29,163 bases of DNA from Vulcanimicrobiota bacterium (GTDB lineage Bacteria > Vulcanimicrobiota > Vulcanimicrobiia > Vulcanimicrobiales > Vulcanimicrobiaceae): NCBI GenBank assembly GCA_003135555.1, contig PLCF01000017.1, positions 20,353-49,515 of the forward strand. Reading direction: 5' to 3'. The notes below the pieces were generated by a model that saw only the letters and a program-made list of their open reading frames with translations, was not told the origin of the DNA and ran no database searches. Both the position numbers and the translations under genes were made by a program. Shown piece after piece: positions 18,497 to 27,988 of this stretch; positions within the stretch are counted from its first letter, which is position 1; each line of letters starts with the position of its first letter.

Positions 18497-19999
18497 TCAG
18501 TCGGCGAGCGGCAGATGCGCCGCGACGTAGCGCCGGTACTTCTCGTACGCGGCGGCGTACGCGGACGCCACCGTGCGGTTGGGTGCCGTCGGCGGGTCGT
18601 ATCCTGCGGACCGCGCGGCGGCGCTCGCGTCCTCGACGAGGCCGACGGATTGCGCGGCGAGCAGCGCCGCGCCGAACGCCGAAGCCTCCTGTTCGTGCGG
18701 CTGCACCGCCGGGAGGCCGAACACGTCGGCGAGGAGCTGGCGCACGAGCGGCGCTCGTGTCAGGCCGCCGCTGAGCAGCAAACGGTCGGTGTCGGGTGCC
18801 AGCTCGTGCACGACGTCGTAGACGGCGTACACGCCGAACACGATGCTCTCGAACGCCGCGCGCAGGATCGTGCTGCGATCGTGCGCGAGATCGAGGCCGT
18901 CGAACGCGCCGCGCAGCGCGCTGTTCCAGTACGGCGCGCGTTCGCCGCCGAAGAACGGCAGCACGACCAATCCTTCCGCTCCCGGCGCGACGGTCGATGC
19001 CAGCTCGACGCCGCGCGCAAAACGCTGCTCCTTGGGCGTCTCCGGCAGCAGCAGCGCGAAGATCCAGTCGAGCGACGCGCCCGCCGCGCTGGTCGGGCCG
19101 CCCACCACGTAGTGCGTGTCGTCGGCGCAGTAGCAAAAGGTGCGCCCCTGCGCGTCGAGGATCGGTTCGCCGGCGAGGATGCGTACCGCGCCCGACGTTC
19201 CCAGCGTCAGCGCGACGTCGCCGCGCGCAGACGAGCCCACGCCGATGTTCGCCAGCGGTCCGTCCGCCGACGCGAGCACGACGGCGGTCTGCTCGCCGAG
19301 GCCGAGCTGACGCGCGATCGCCGGACGAAAACGGCGCAATGCGGTCGACGGGAGCGCCGGGCGCGAGAGCCGCGCTGCATCGACCTGCGCCAGCTGGAGC
19401 GCGAGCGGATCCCAGTCGCGCGTGCGCAGATCGAGCATCCCGGTCGCCGACGCGATCCCGTGGTCGACCAGCCATTCACCGGTCCAGCGAAAGACGACCA
19501 GCTCCTTGAGGCCGACGAAGCGTTTGGTCTTGGCGAACAGCGCGGGTTCGTTGTCGGCGAGCCAGCGCAGCTTTGCGATCGGCAGCATCGGATGCATCGG
19601 CGCGCCGGTGCGCGCGTACAGTGCCGAGCCGTTGCCGTCGGCGCGCCAGCCGTCGGCGACCGCGTGCGCGCGGCGATCCATCCAGGTGATCACGCGCGAG
19701 AGCGGTTCGCCGGCGTCGTCGACGCACAAGACGCCGTGCATCGCGCTCGAGAACCCGATCGCGGCGATCTCGTTGCCGCGCAAGCGCACGTCGGCGAGCA
19801 CGCGCTCGAGCACGTGCATGGTGGCGCGGTAAACGAGGTCGGCGTCCTGCTCGACGAAATCGGCTTGCGGCGTTTCGAGCCCGTAGAACTGCGAACCGGT
19901 CGCAAGCTCCTTTCCCGCAGGCGTGACGGCTAACACCTTGACCGCCGAGGTCCCCAGATCCACCCCGACGACGGCGTGGGCGCTCGCGTCGACGCGCAA
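18497..19999 (-). CDS. gntK: FGGY-family carbohydrate kinase, gluconokinase-like
   Basis: GVDLGTSAVK, FSSAMHG, TG.PMHPM.P..KL.W, ADGPLANIG, GTSGAVR, RTFCY, GERAPYW. Confidence 0.8.
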   Translation of the reverse strand: MRVDASAHAVVGVDLGTSAVKVLAVTPAGKELATGSQFYGLETPQADFVEQDADLVYRATMHVLERVLADVRLRGNEIAAIGFSSAMHGVLCVDDAGEPLSRVITWMDRRAHAVADGWRADGNGSALYARTGAPMHPMLPIAKLRWLADNEPALFAKTKRFVGLKELVVFRWTGEWLVDHGIASATGMLDLRTRDWDPLALQLAQVDAARLSRPALPSTALRRFRPAIARQLGLGEQTAVVLASADGPLANIGVGSSARGDVALTLGTSGAVRILAGEPILDAQGRTFCYCADDTHYVVGGPTSAAGASLDWIFALLLPETPKEQRFARGVELASTVAPGAEGLVVLPFFGGERAPYWNSALRGAFDGLDLAHDRSTILRAAFESIVFGVYAVYDVVHELAPDTDRLLLSGGLTRAPLVRQLLADVFGLPAVQPHEQEASAFGAALLAAQSVGLVEDASAAARSAGYDPPTAPNRTVASAYAAAYEKYRRYVAAHLPLAD

Positions 20000-20005
20000 C
20001 GTCCG

Positions 20006-21313
20006 CTACGCCGTTCCTGGTTCCGGAATCGGCTCGATCTTGCCCAGGAGCCATACGTACGACGCGATGCCGACCAGCAGGATGCCCCCGGCGGTCAGCA
20101 GCGCCAACGCGAACGAGTGCGTTCGCCAGACAATGACTCCCGTGATCGCCGGTGCGAAGAATGTGCCCAGGTTGCCGAACAGGTTCATGATCCCGCCGAC
20201 CTTGCCGGTCGAGTTGCGCGGCGCGATCAAACCCGGAATCGACCAGGCCACCGGCGCATGGAACGAGATTCCCGCAGCCGATACGGCGATCCAGAACACC
20301 GCGACGTTGATGTCCTTGGTATACACCGCGCCGACGACGGCGAATCCCAGCATCAACCCGAGAATGAGCAGCGTCTTACGCACGCGGTTCGCGTCGTAAC
20401 CGCGCTTGATCAGATTGTCGACGAGCCAGCCGCCGACGACGAGGTCGGCGATCGTCCCGGTCATCCAGATCACGAACGCATAGCCGGCCGCCTTCAAGAT
20501 GTTCACTCCAAATGTCTCGGTCAGATATCCCGGCAGCCACGTAAGCAGGAAGCCGAAAAGATAGTCGTACGCGGTGAAGCCGATGGTGAGGCCCCACAGC
20601 TTGCCGCTGCGCAGCAGGTAACCCAGCCCGGCGCCCGCGTCGTCGCTGCCGGCCGGCTTCTCGGGCTCGCCGCCGCCGGCGCGGATGTACTCGGCCTCGG
20701 CGTGTGTGAGCCGCTTGTCCTGACTCGGATTGCGATAGAAAAGATAGAAGATTCCAAAGAAAATGAGGCTGAACAGCGCTGTGGTCCAGAACATGCCGCG
20801 CCACCCGACTTTCAGCATCAGCCAGGCGGTCAACGGCACCGCGATCGCGCTCGAGAATTTCGCCGCGCCGTCGAAAAGCGACGTCGCCAAGCTGCGTTCG
20901 CTGCGCGGGAACCAGTACCCGACGGCCTTCGCGTTGGCCGGGAACGTCGGCGCCTCGGCGACGCCAAGGAACGCGCGGGCCGCGACGATCCCCGCGAAAC
21001 TCGGCGCGATCGCGGTGAGCGCTGAGGCGACGGCCCACAAAAAGGCGCCGATCCGCGACACGACCACGACGCCCCAACGGTCCAGGACGTAGCCGACGGG
21101 GACCTGACACGCGGCGTAGATCGCAAAAAACGCGCTGCTCAGGAAACCGAACTCGGCGTCACCCAACCCGAGGTCGGCGTGGAGCGGGTCTTTAGCGACC
21201 GATAACGCGCCCCGGTCGATGTAGTTGATGAGGACCCCGAAGGCGAGGATCAGCGCGATCCCCCAGCGGAGGTTGGTGACCCGTTCGGCGGGCGCGATGA
21301 TGCTGCGTTGCAC
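20006..21313 (-). CDS. MFS transporter, anion:cation symporter (sugar-acid) type
   Basis: INYIDRGALSVA, RAFLGVAEAPTFP, WFPRSER, GGIMN; GGAGGG RBS before GTG 21313. Confidence 0.92.
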   Translation of the reverse strand: MQRSIIAPAERVTNLRWGIALILAFGVLINYIDRGALSVAKDPLHADLGLGDAEFGFLSSAFFAIYAACQVPVGYVLDRWGVVVVSRIGAFLWAVASALTAIAPSFAGIVAARAFLGVAEAPTFPANAKAVGYWFPRSERSLATSLFDGAAKFSSAIAVPLTAWLMLKVGWRGMFWTTALFSLIFFGIFYLFYRNPSQDKRLTHAEAEYIRAGGGEPEKPAGSDDAGAGLGYLLRSGKLWGLTIGFTAYDYLFGFLLTWLPGYLTETFGVNILKAAGYAFVIWMTGTIADLVVGGWLVDNLIKRGYDANRVRKTLLILGLMLGFAVVGAVYTKDINVAVFWIAVSAAGISFHAPVAWSIPGLIAPRNSTGKVGGIMNLFGNLGTFFAPAITGVIVWRTHSFALALLTAGGILLVGIASYVWLLGKIEPIPEPGTA

Positions 21314-21406
21314 GTTGTGTCCCTCCGGCGGCGCAGTTCGGTGTTTTCCTCTTTGCGCGCGGTGCGCGCTAAGAAACATCGGGCCCTGCGCCGAACGGTG
21401 CCGCGA

Positions 21407-22111
21407 ATGAAGCGCACGCCGGCTTGGGTCTTTGTGGCCGCGGTTGGAGTTCAGCTCGCGGCCCTCTGCCTGTGCGCTTGGGCGATGGAACGCGTCCTGG
21501 GCCTCGAGGACGAATCGTGGGCGCCGTCCCCACGGCCGCCCCGGCAGCCCGCTCGCCACGACCCGCCGCCGCCGCCCCCGCCGCCGCCGCCGTGGCGCCC
21601 GGACCCGGTGCCCGAGCCCGTCGCCGAGCGGCGCCGGGAACCCGCGCCGCCGCCCTCGCGCGATCCCGACGCAGCGCCCCGGCAGGTGACGATTCGCGCG
21701 GTCAACCCGGCGCCGCAGGTCGTGCATCCGGCCCCGCCGCCGCGGCCGCTGCTGGGCCCGCCGCCCGAGCGCCCGGCTGCGCCCCCGGCCGACCCCGAGG
21801 CGATTCCGCGCTTCATCGCCGACGCCGCCGATGCGACCACGCAGATCGTGCGCGGCGCCCACAACGGGGGCAGCCTGGCCTTCGGATTCTATCCCGACGG
21901 GAACATTCGGCTCGTGGACGTCGACGGCGGCCGGTACGCCGGCAAGGCGGAGAGCGCCCGCGCGAGGATGCGCGAGGTCGACGGCATGCGCGCCTTCACG
22001 GTGCAGATCGGCGTCGCGGCCGACGGCCGGTTGCAAGCGACTTTCACCGGCGGAACGCACGATGCTGAAACCATTGCGTTGGAACCGCTCGTCGGATGGA
22101 GCGCCGCATGA
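21407..22111 (+). CDS. Hypothetical membrane-anchored proline-rich protein
   Basis: N-terminal hydrophobic helix, Pro-rich linker, small beta-rich C-terminal domain; ATGA overlap with murA. Confidence 0.6.
   Translation: MKRTPAWVFVAAVGVQLAALCLCAWAMERVLGLEDESWAPSPRPPRQPARHDPPPPPPPPPPWRPDPVPEPVAERRREPAPPPSRDPDAAPRQVTIRAVNPAPQVVHPAPPPRPLLGPPPERPAAPPADPEAIPRFIADAADATTQIVRGAHNGGSLAFGFYPDGNIRLVDVDGGRYAGKAESARARMREVDGMRAFTVQIGVAADGRLQATFTGGTHDAETIALEPLVGWSAA
21563..21592 (+). repeat. CCG trinucleotide run encoding a 10-proline tract
   Basis: (CCG)4 CCC (CCG)5. Confidence 0.8.
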
Positions 22112-23454
22112 ACGTCTTGGACCGTCTCGACACCACGCTGCGCGTCGTCGGGGGCGCTCGCCTTGAAGGCAGCGTCGAAGTGCAGGGTGCGAAGAACGCC
22201 GCGCTGCCGATCATGGCCGCGGCGTTGCTCGCGCGCGGCAAGGTCACGCTGCATCGCATCCCGCGCATCACCGACGTCTCGGTGATGTGGTCGCTGCTCG
22301 AGGCGCTCGGCGCCCGTCTCTCGCAGCAAGGGCGCCACTCGGTCACCATCGACGCCGCCAACGTGAACAAGTACCGCGCGCCGTACACCCTGGTGCGCAA
22401 GCTGGCGGCTTCGTTCGATCTGTGCGGACCGCTGCTCGGGCGCTTCGGCCGCGCCGAAGTCCCGTTGCCGGGCGGCTGCATCCTGGGCACCCGCGCCACC
22501 GACATGCATGAAGCCGCCTTTCGCGCGCTCTCGGCCGACGTTTCGGTCGCCCACGGCTACCTGATCGCGAGCTCGGCCAACGGGCGGCTGCGCGGCGGCG
22601 AGATCGCCTTTCGCATGCCCTCGGTCGGCGCGACGAAGAACGCGATGCTTGCCGCCGTTACCGCCGAGGGCGACACCGTCATCCACAACGCGGCGATGGA
22701 GCCCGAGGTCGTCGACCTGGCCAACTTCCTCGTCGCGATGGGCGCGGACATCACCGGCCATGGCGGCGATACCATCAGCATCCGGGGCGTCAAGGAGCTG
22801 CACGGGGTCGAGTACGAGATCATCCCCGACCGCATCGCGACCGGGACGCTGCTGCTGGCCGGCGCGGTGACGCGCGGCGACGTGACGGTGCGCAAGACGC
22901 GGCCCGACGATCTGATCGCGCTCCAGGTTTCGCTGGGCGAGTGCGGCGTGAAGGTCACCACCGGCGACGATTGGATCCGGGTGCAAGCCGACACGGTCAA
23001 GGGCGGAACGGACGTCGTGACCGCACCGCACCCGGGCTTCGCGACCGATCTGCAGCCGCAGCTCCTGTCGTTCCTGTGCACCGCGCCGGGCGTGAGCGTG
23101 GTCGAGGAGTCGATCTTCAACGCGCGCTTCTCGTACGTCAACGAGCTGGTGCGCATGGGCGCCGACGTGCGCGTCGCGATGGACAACAACACCGCGCTGG
23201 TCAAGGGCGTCGCGAGCCTGTCGGGTGCGCCGGTCGAAGCGCCCGACATCCGCGCCGGCGCGGCGCTGGTGCTGGCCGGGCTCGCGGCAGCCGGTGAGAC
23301 CGAGATCATCGGCCTCGAGTACATCGACCGCGGTTACGAGCGGCTCGAGGAAACGCTGTCGTCGCTGGGCGCCCAAGTCCAGCGCTCCAGCGGCATCGTC
23401 CCCTTCAGCGAACCAACGGGAACCTTCGAAACCGCGATCTATCCCAGCGTCTAG
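22108..23454 (+). CDS. murA: UDP-N-acetylglucosamine 1-carboxyvinyltransferase
   Basis: GAKNAALP, LPGGCILGTR, PSVGAT, EPEVVDL, PDRI, TDLQ, DIRAGAAL, IDRGYE. Confidence 0.95.
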   Translation: MNVLDRLDTTLRVVGGARLEGSVEVQGAKNAALPIMAAALLARGKVTLHRIPRITDVSVMWSLLEALGARLSQQGRHSVTIDAANVNKYRAPYTLVRKLAASFDLCGPLLGRFGRAEVPLPGGCILGTRATDMHEAAFRALSADVSVAHGYLIASSANGRLRGGEIAFRMPSVGATKNAMLAAVTAEGDTVIHNAAMEPEVVDLANFLVAMGADITGHGGDTISIRGVKELHGVEYEIIPDRIATGTLLLAGAVTRGDVTVRKTRPDDLIALQVSLGECGVKVTTGDDWIRVQADTVKGGTDVVTAPHPGFATDLQPQLLSFLCTAPGVSVVEESIFNARFSYVNELVRMGADVRVAMDNNTALVKGVASLSGAPVEAPDIRAGAALVLAGLAAAGETEIIGLEYIDRGYERLEETLSSLGAQVQRSSGIVPFSEPTGTFETAIYPSV

Positions 23455-23461
23455 CTGTGTG

Positions 23462-24232
23462 CTAGAAGGCCCGTACGGCGGCCGCCGGCTGGATGTTGCG
23501 CGTCGCCCGCAGCCGGCGTACTTGGAGCATCCGCTTGGGCAGGTTCGGATGCGTCGAGAGATGCTCGGCCAACCACATCCAAAACCCTTCGGGCTCTTGC
23601 GCCTGTGCGAGGTACGCGTCCACGTTCATCTCGCGGTAGAGCCGCTTGCCCGCCGCCAGCACGAGAATCCCGGCCTCGGCGCCGTCGGGGTGCAGGTACG
23701 CGCCGTAGGCGTCGCAGGTGTATTCGCACGCGCGTGAATACGCCGCGGCAAGAAACGGAACGAACTGCGCCGGAAAGATGACGGTCTTCCACCAGACGTG
23801 GTTGCGCGCGACGTGCGTCAGTTCGTGCGCGAGCACGAACGCGACCGCCTCCTGCCCCTGGTCGTACGCGAGCTCGAGAATCTCGCTGTAGATGCAGATG
23901 TAGTTGCGCCCGAAGAAGCGCGTCGCGAAGGCGTTGAGCACACCGCCCGACTGCATGATGTAGATCGGCGGCACGGACGCAATGCCCAGTCGCGGGCAGA
24001 TCTCGGCGGCCATCGCGAGCACGCCGGGAAACTGCTGTGCGGAGACGCGCACGGAGTTTCCACGCAGCTGTCCGATCGCGATCCCCTGCACGACCGCGAG
24101 CGCGAACGCCCCGATCAGCACGTAGAAGATTCCGATCAGCGAGACGAGCAGTATGAGATAGACGAAGGCGGACGCGATGATCGCTATCGCCAGGTAGGTC
24201 TTTTCCTTCGGGTTCACGAGATCGGGCAGCAC
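23462..24232 (-). CDS. M48-family (HtpX-like) metallopeptidase
   Basis: N-terminal TM segments, LNAFA, HELTH, YSRACEYTCD, STHP..PKR. Confidence 0.92.
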   Translation of the reverse strand: MLPDLVNPKEKTYLAIAIIASAFVYLILLVSLIGIFYVLIGAFALAVVQGIAIGQLRGNSVRVSAQQFPGVLAMAAEICPRLGIASVPPIYIMQSGGVLNAFATRFFGRNYICIYSEILELAYDQGQEAVAFVLAHELTHVARNHVWWKTVIFPAQFVPFLAAAYSRACEYTCDAYGAYLHPDGAEAGILVLAAGKRLYREMNVDAYLAQAQEPEGFWMWLAEHLSTHPNLPKRMLQVRRLRATRNIQPAAAVRAF

Positions 24233-24262
24233 GGTTCCCCCCCTTAAGTCACCGCACGCCGT

Positions 24263-24850
24263 TCACCTCGCGAGTTTGGCCGCCAGCCGGTCCTTGATCG
24301 CCGGCCACTCCGTGTCGAGGATCGAGAAGTAGACCGAGTCGCGCCAGCGGCCCGATGCCGTAACGAGATGCTTGCGGAACGTGCCCTCTTCGACCGCGCC
24401 CAGGCGCAGGATCGCCGTACGCGATTGCTCGTTGAGCGCGTCGGTCTTGAGTTCGACGCGAACCGCTTCGAGCGTTTCGAAGGCGTGGGTAAGCAGCAGC
24501 AGCTTGGCTTCGGTGTTGGCCTTTGTCCGTTGATAGGCCGACGTGAGCCACGTCCAGCCGATCTCGAGGCGGCGATTGGCACGATCGATGGAGGCATACC
24601 GCGTGCTGCCGATGGCGCTATTGCGCGCCTGATCCACGATCGCGAACGGAACCGCAACGCCGCGGCGCTGCTCCTCGAGCGCGATCTCGACGTAGGCCTG
24701 CATCTCCGCAGCATGCGTGACCGGCGTCGGGATCCAGCGCCACAGCGCGGGCTCCAGGCCGACCGTGCACAGCGGCGCGACGTGGGCGAGCGTCAACGGC
24801 TCGAGCCGCACGGTCTCTCCGCTCAGCGTCACCGGCTCGACGTTCATCAT
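24263..24850 (-). CDS. GNAT N-acetyltransferase (RimJ/RimL family)
   Basis: VRLEPL, LEIGWTW, NTEAKLLLL.HAFE, RVELKTD..N.QS..AI.RLGA..EG, RDSVYFSI...EW. Confidence 0.93.
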   Translation of the reverse strand: MMNVEPVTLSGETVRLEPLTLAHVAPLCTVGLEPALWRWIPTPVTHAAEMQAYVEIALEEQRRGVAVPFAIVDQARNSAIGSTRYASIDRANRRLEIGWTWLTSAYQRTKANTEAKLLLLTHAFETLEAVRVELKTDALNEQSRTAILRLGAVEEGTFRKHLVTASGRWRDSVYFSILDTEWPAIKDRLAAKLAR

Positions 24851-24867
24851 ACCGTGCGCTCTTCGAA

Positions 24868-25806
24868 TCAGCGGGTGAAGTCGACTGCCGCGCTGTTGCC
24901 GCCGCTGACGACGACGCAGACGCGCTCACCGGGCTCGGGCACGTAGCCGCGCGAGAGCAGCGCCGCGAACGCGGCGGCGCCGCCGGGTTCGGCGACGATC
25001 GTGAGTGCGTGAAAGAGCCGTTCTTGCGCGGTGCGGATCGCGTCGTCGGTGACCAACACGACGCGATCGACATAGCGCTGGGCGTACGGGAACATCAGCT
25101 CGCCGACCCGCCGCGGCGCGAGCGAGTCGGCCGCGATGCTGTCGGTCGGCGCGTCGACCGGACGTCCCGCTTGCAGCGCGCGGGCGAGTGTCGGCGCGCC
25201 TTCGGGTTCGACCCCGATGATGCGGACGCGGCCGGCATACCAGGCGGCGATCCCGCCGATGAGCCCGCCGCCGCCGACCGCGACGAGCAGCGTGTCGAGC
25301 TCGGGCAGTTGGCGCTCGAGCTCCGCGGCGAGCGTCGCCTGTCCCAGCAGCGTCTCGCGCTGATCGAAGGCGTGCACCGAGAGCGCTCCCGAGGCGGCGA
25401 TCTTCGCTTCGCACGCCGCCAGGGCGTCGGCGTAGCGCTCGCCGCCGATCACGAGCTCGGCGCCGTAGGCTCGGATGCGGGCCAGCTTCGCCGGCGACGC
25501 GATGCTGGGCACGAAGATCGTCGCCGGGATGCTTAGCTTGCGCGCCGCGTAGGCGACGGCGGCGCCGTGGTTGCCGCCCGAGGCCGCGACGACGCCGGCC
25601 GGCGGGGCGACCCGCGTGAGCAGATTGGTGAAGGCACCGCGCGTCTTGAACGACCCCGCGTGCTGGAGCAGCTCGAGCTTGGCCCACAGGGGAAAGTCGC
25701 CCAGCCCGAGCTCTGCCGCGTCGAGCGCGAGGACCGGCGTCTCGCGGACGTGGGGCCGGATCAGCTCGGCCGCGGCGAGGACCTCGCTCCGCTCGATGGG
25801 GATCAT
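24868..25806 (-). CDS. PLP-dependent threonine/serine dehydratase
   Basis: KLE..Q..GSFKTRG, ASGGNHG, VAVGGGGL, AEPGGAAA, SGGN. ATG 25806 preferred because the ATG at 25818 overlaps the predicted -10. Confidence 0.92.
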   Translation of the reverse strand: MIPIERSEVLAAAELIRPHVRETPVLALDAAELGLGDFPLWAKLELLQHAGSFKTRGAFTNLLTRVAPPAGVVAASGGNHGAAVAYAARKLSIPATIFVPSIASPAKLARIRAYGAELVIGGERYADALAACEAKIAASGALSVHAFDQRETLLGQATLAAELERQLPELDTLLVAVGGGGLIGGIAAWYAGRVRIIGVEPEGAPTLARALQAGRPVDAPTDSIAADSLAPRRVGELMFPYAQRYVDRVVLVTDDAIRTAQERLFHALTIVAEPGGAAAFAALLSRGYVPEPGERVCVVVSGGNSAAVDFTR

Positions 25807-25811
25807 CAGGA

Positions 25812-25840
25812 TTGACATGGTAATAGGGATTTAGCAAAAT
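25812..25840 (+). promoter_or_regulatory. Sigma70-type promoter for the ArsR gene (probably leaderless)
   Basis: TTGACA-N17-CAAAAT, with ATG 6 nt downstream and no SD. Confidence 0.65.
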
Positions 25841-25845
25841 GGCAA
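25817..25845 (-). promoter_or_regulatory. Sigma70-type promoter for the dehydratase operon
   Basis: Minus-strand TTGCCA-N17-TACCAT, 10 nt before ATG 25806. Confidence 0.6.
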
Positions 25846-25846
25846 T

Positions 25847-26149
25847 ATGCTAGTCGATGCGGCCCTTCGGGCGCTCGCCAACGACCGCCGGCGTCAGATC
25901 TTGGCGTGGCTGCGCGATCCGCGGTCACACTTTCCACCCCAAACCGACGGCGATCTCGTCGAGGACGGCGTTTGCGGCGCGCTGATCGCGCGCAAGCTGG
26001 GCGTGAGCCAACCCACGGTCAGCGAGCACATGAAGGTGCTCGCGCACGCCGGGCTCGTGCGCTCGAAGCGGATCAAGCAGTGGACCTTCTATCGCCGCGA
26101 CGACGCGCGGATCGCTGCGATCAAGCAAGCGATCACGGAAACGGTCTGA
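25847..26149 (+). CDS. ArsR/SmtB-family transcriptional regulator
   Basis: ALRALANDRRRQIL, GVC..., VSQPTVSEHMKVL...GLV...R.KQWTFY. Confidence 0.93.
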   Translation: MLVDAALRALANDRRRQILAWLRDPRSHFPPQTDGDLVEDGVCGALIARKLGVSQPTVSEHMKVLAHAGLVRSKRIKQWTFYRRDDARIAAIKQAITETV

Positions 26150-26224
26150 GGATTTCGCCCGGCGGGCCCGAACGCAAGGGGGTCGTTTTCAAAAGCGGTT
26201 CCGTCGCATGTCGCGCGGAGCTAG

Positions 26225-27241
<1,017 letters not shown>

Positions 27242-27283
27242 AGGCCGCGACACGCTGCCGCGCGCGAAGATCGTTCTATCGTC

Positions 27284-27988
27284 GTGATGAGTTCCCGTCT
27301 GTTGCACCTGGCCGTCCCGCTGAGCCTGGCACTTGCCTGCGGCTCGGCCGCGTTTGCCGCGGCGCGGCCGTCGAGCTCCGCCAACGCGCTCGCGACGCCC
27401 GACTACCGGATCGAGACCGACGAGACGCACTGGAACTTCAACACCGGCGACTTCACCATGCCGCACCGGGTGCGGTTCTTCCGGCCGGGGACCGATGCGG
27501 TCGGCGATCGGGCGAACGGAAACTCGAAGCGCGGAACCGTGACCATGCTGGGCAACGTGGTCGTGCACGACAGCGGCAACGCGAACGAGGCCGGCGATGC
27601 GGCCTATCGCGGCAGCGGCCCGGCGATGCTGACCTGCGATCAGCTCGACATCGATTCCAAGGCCAAGCTCTACACCGCCAACGGGCACGTGCATTTCCTG
27701 CAAGGCGCGCGTACCGGCACCTCCGACCGCGCGACGCTCAATCGCGCCACCGGAATGCTGCACCTCGAGGGCGGCGTGAAGCTGACCGACAGCGGTTCGA
27801 CGCTGTCGGCTAACGCCGTCGACTACAACCTCAACACCAAAGAGGCGTCGGTATTCGGCAGTCCCAGCGTGATGACGCAGCCGGCGAATCAACCGGCGGC
27901 TTCGCCCCGCCCCGCGCCGTCGCGCTCGCCCGTGGCGAAGCCGAAGCCGAAGCCGAAGCCGACGCCGACGCCACACGGCCAGCCCTGA
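27284..27988 (+). CDS. LptA/OstA-like beta-jellyroll exported protein (paralog 1)
   Basis: Signal peptide; repeated L.GNV / A.GHV / LEGGV strands, LTCDQL, SANAVDYN; Pro/Lys tail. Confidence 0.75.
   Translation: MMSSRLLHLAVPLSLALACGSAAFAAARPSSSANALATPDYRIETDETHWNFNTGDFTMPHRVRFFRPGTDAVGDRANGNSKRGTVTMLGNVVVHDSGNANEAGDAAYRGSGPAMLTCDQLDIDSKAKLYTANGHVHFLQGARTGTSDRATLNRATGMLHLEGGVKLTDSGSTLSANAVDYNLNTKEASVFGSPSVMTQPANQPAASPRPAPSRSPVAKPKPKPKPTPTPHGQP
27937..27972 (+). repeat. Hexamer tandem repeat encoding KPKPKPKPTPTP
   Basis: (GAAGCC)4(GACGCC)2. Confidence 0.85.

Noticed and set aside
22465..22510. Fosfomycin-resistant Cys-to-Asp MurA
   Set aside because: The active-site Cys is retained (LPGGC).
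13214..25806. Beta-hydroxyaspartate cycle (aminotransferase plus dehydratase)
   Set aside because: The two genes are over 10 kb apart under different regulators, with no BhcC aldolase, BhcD reductase or IclR regulator.
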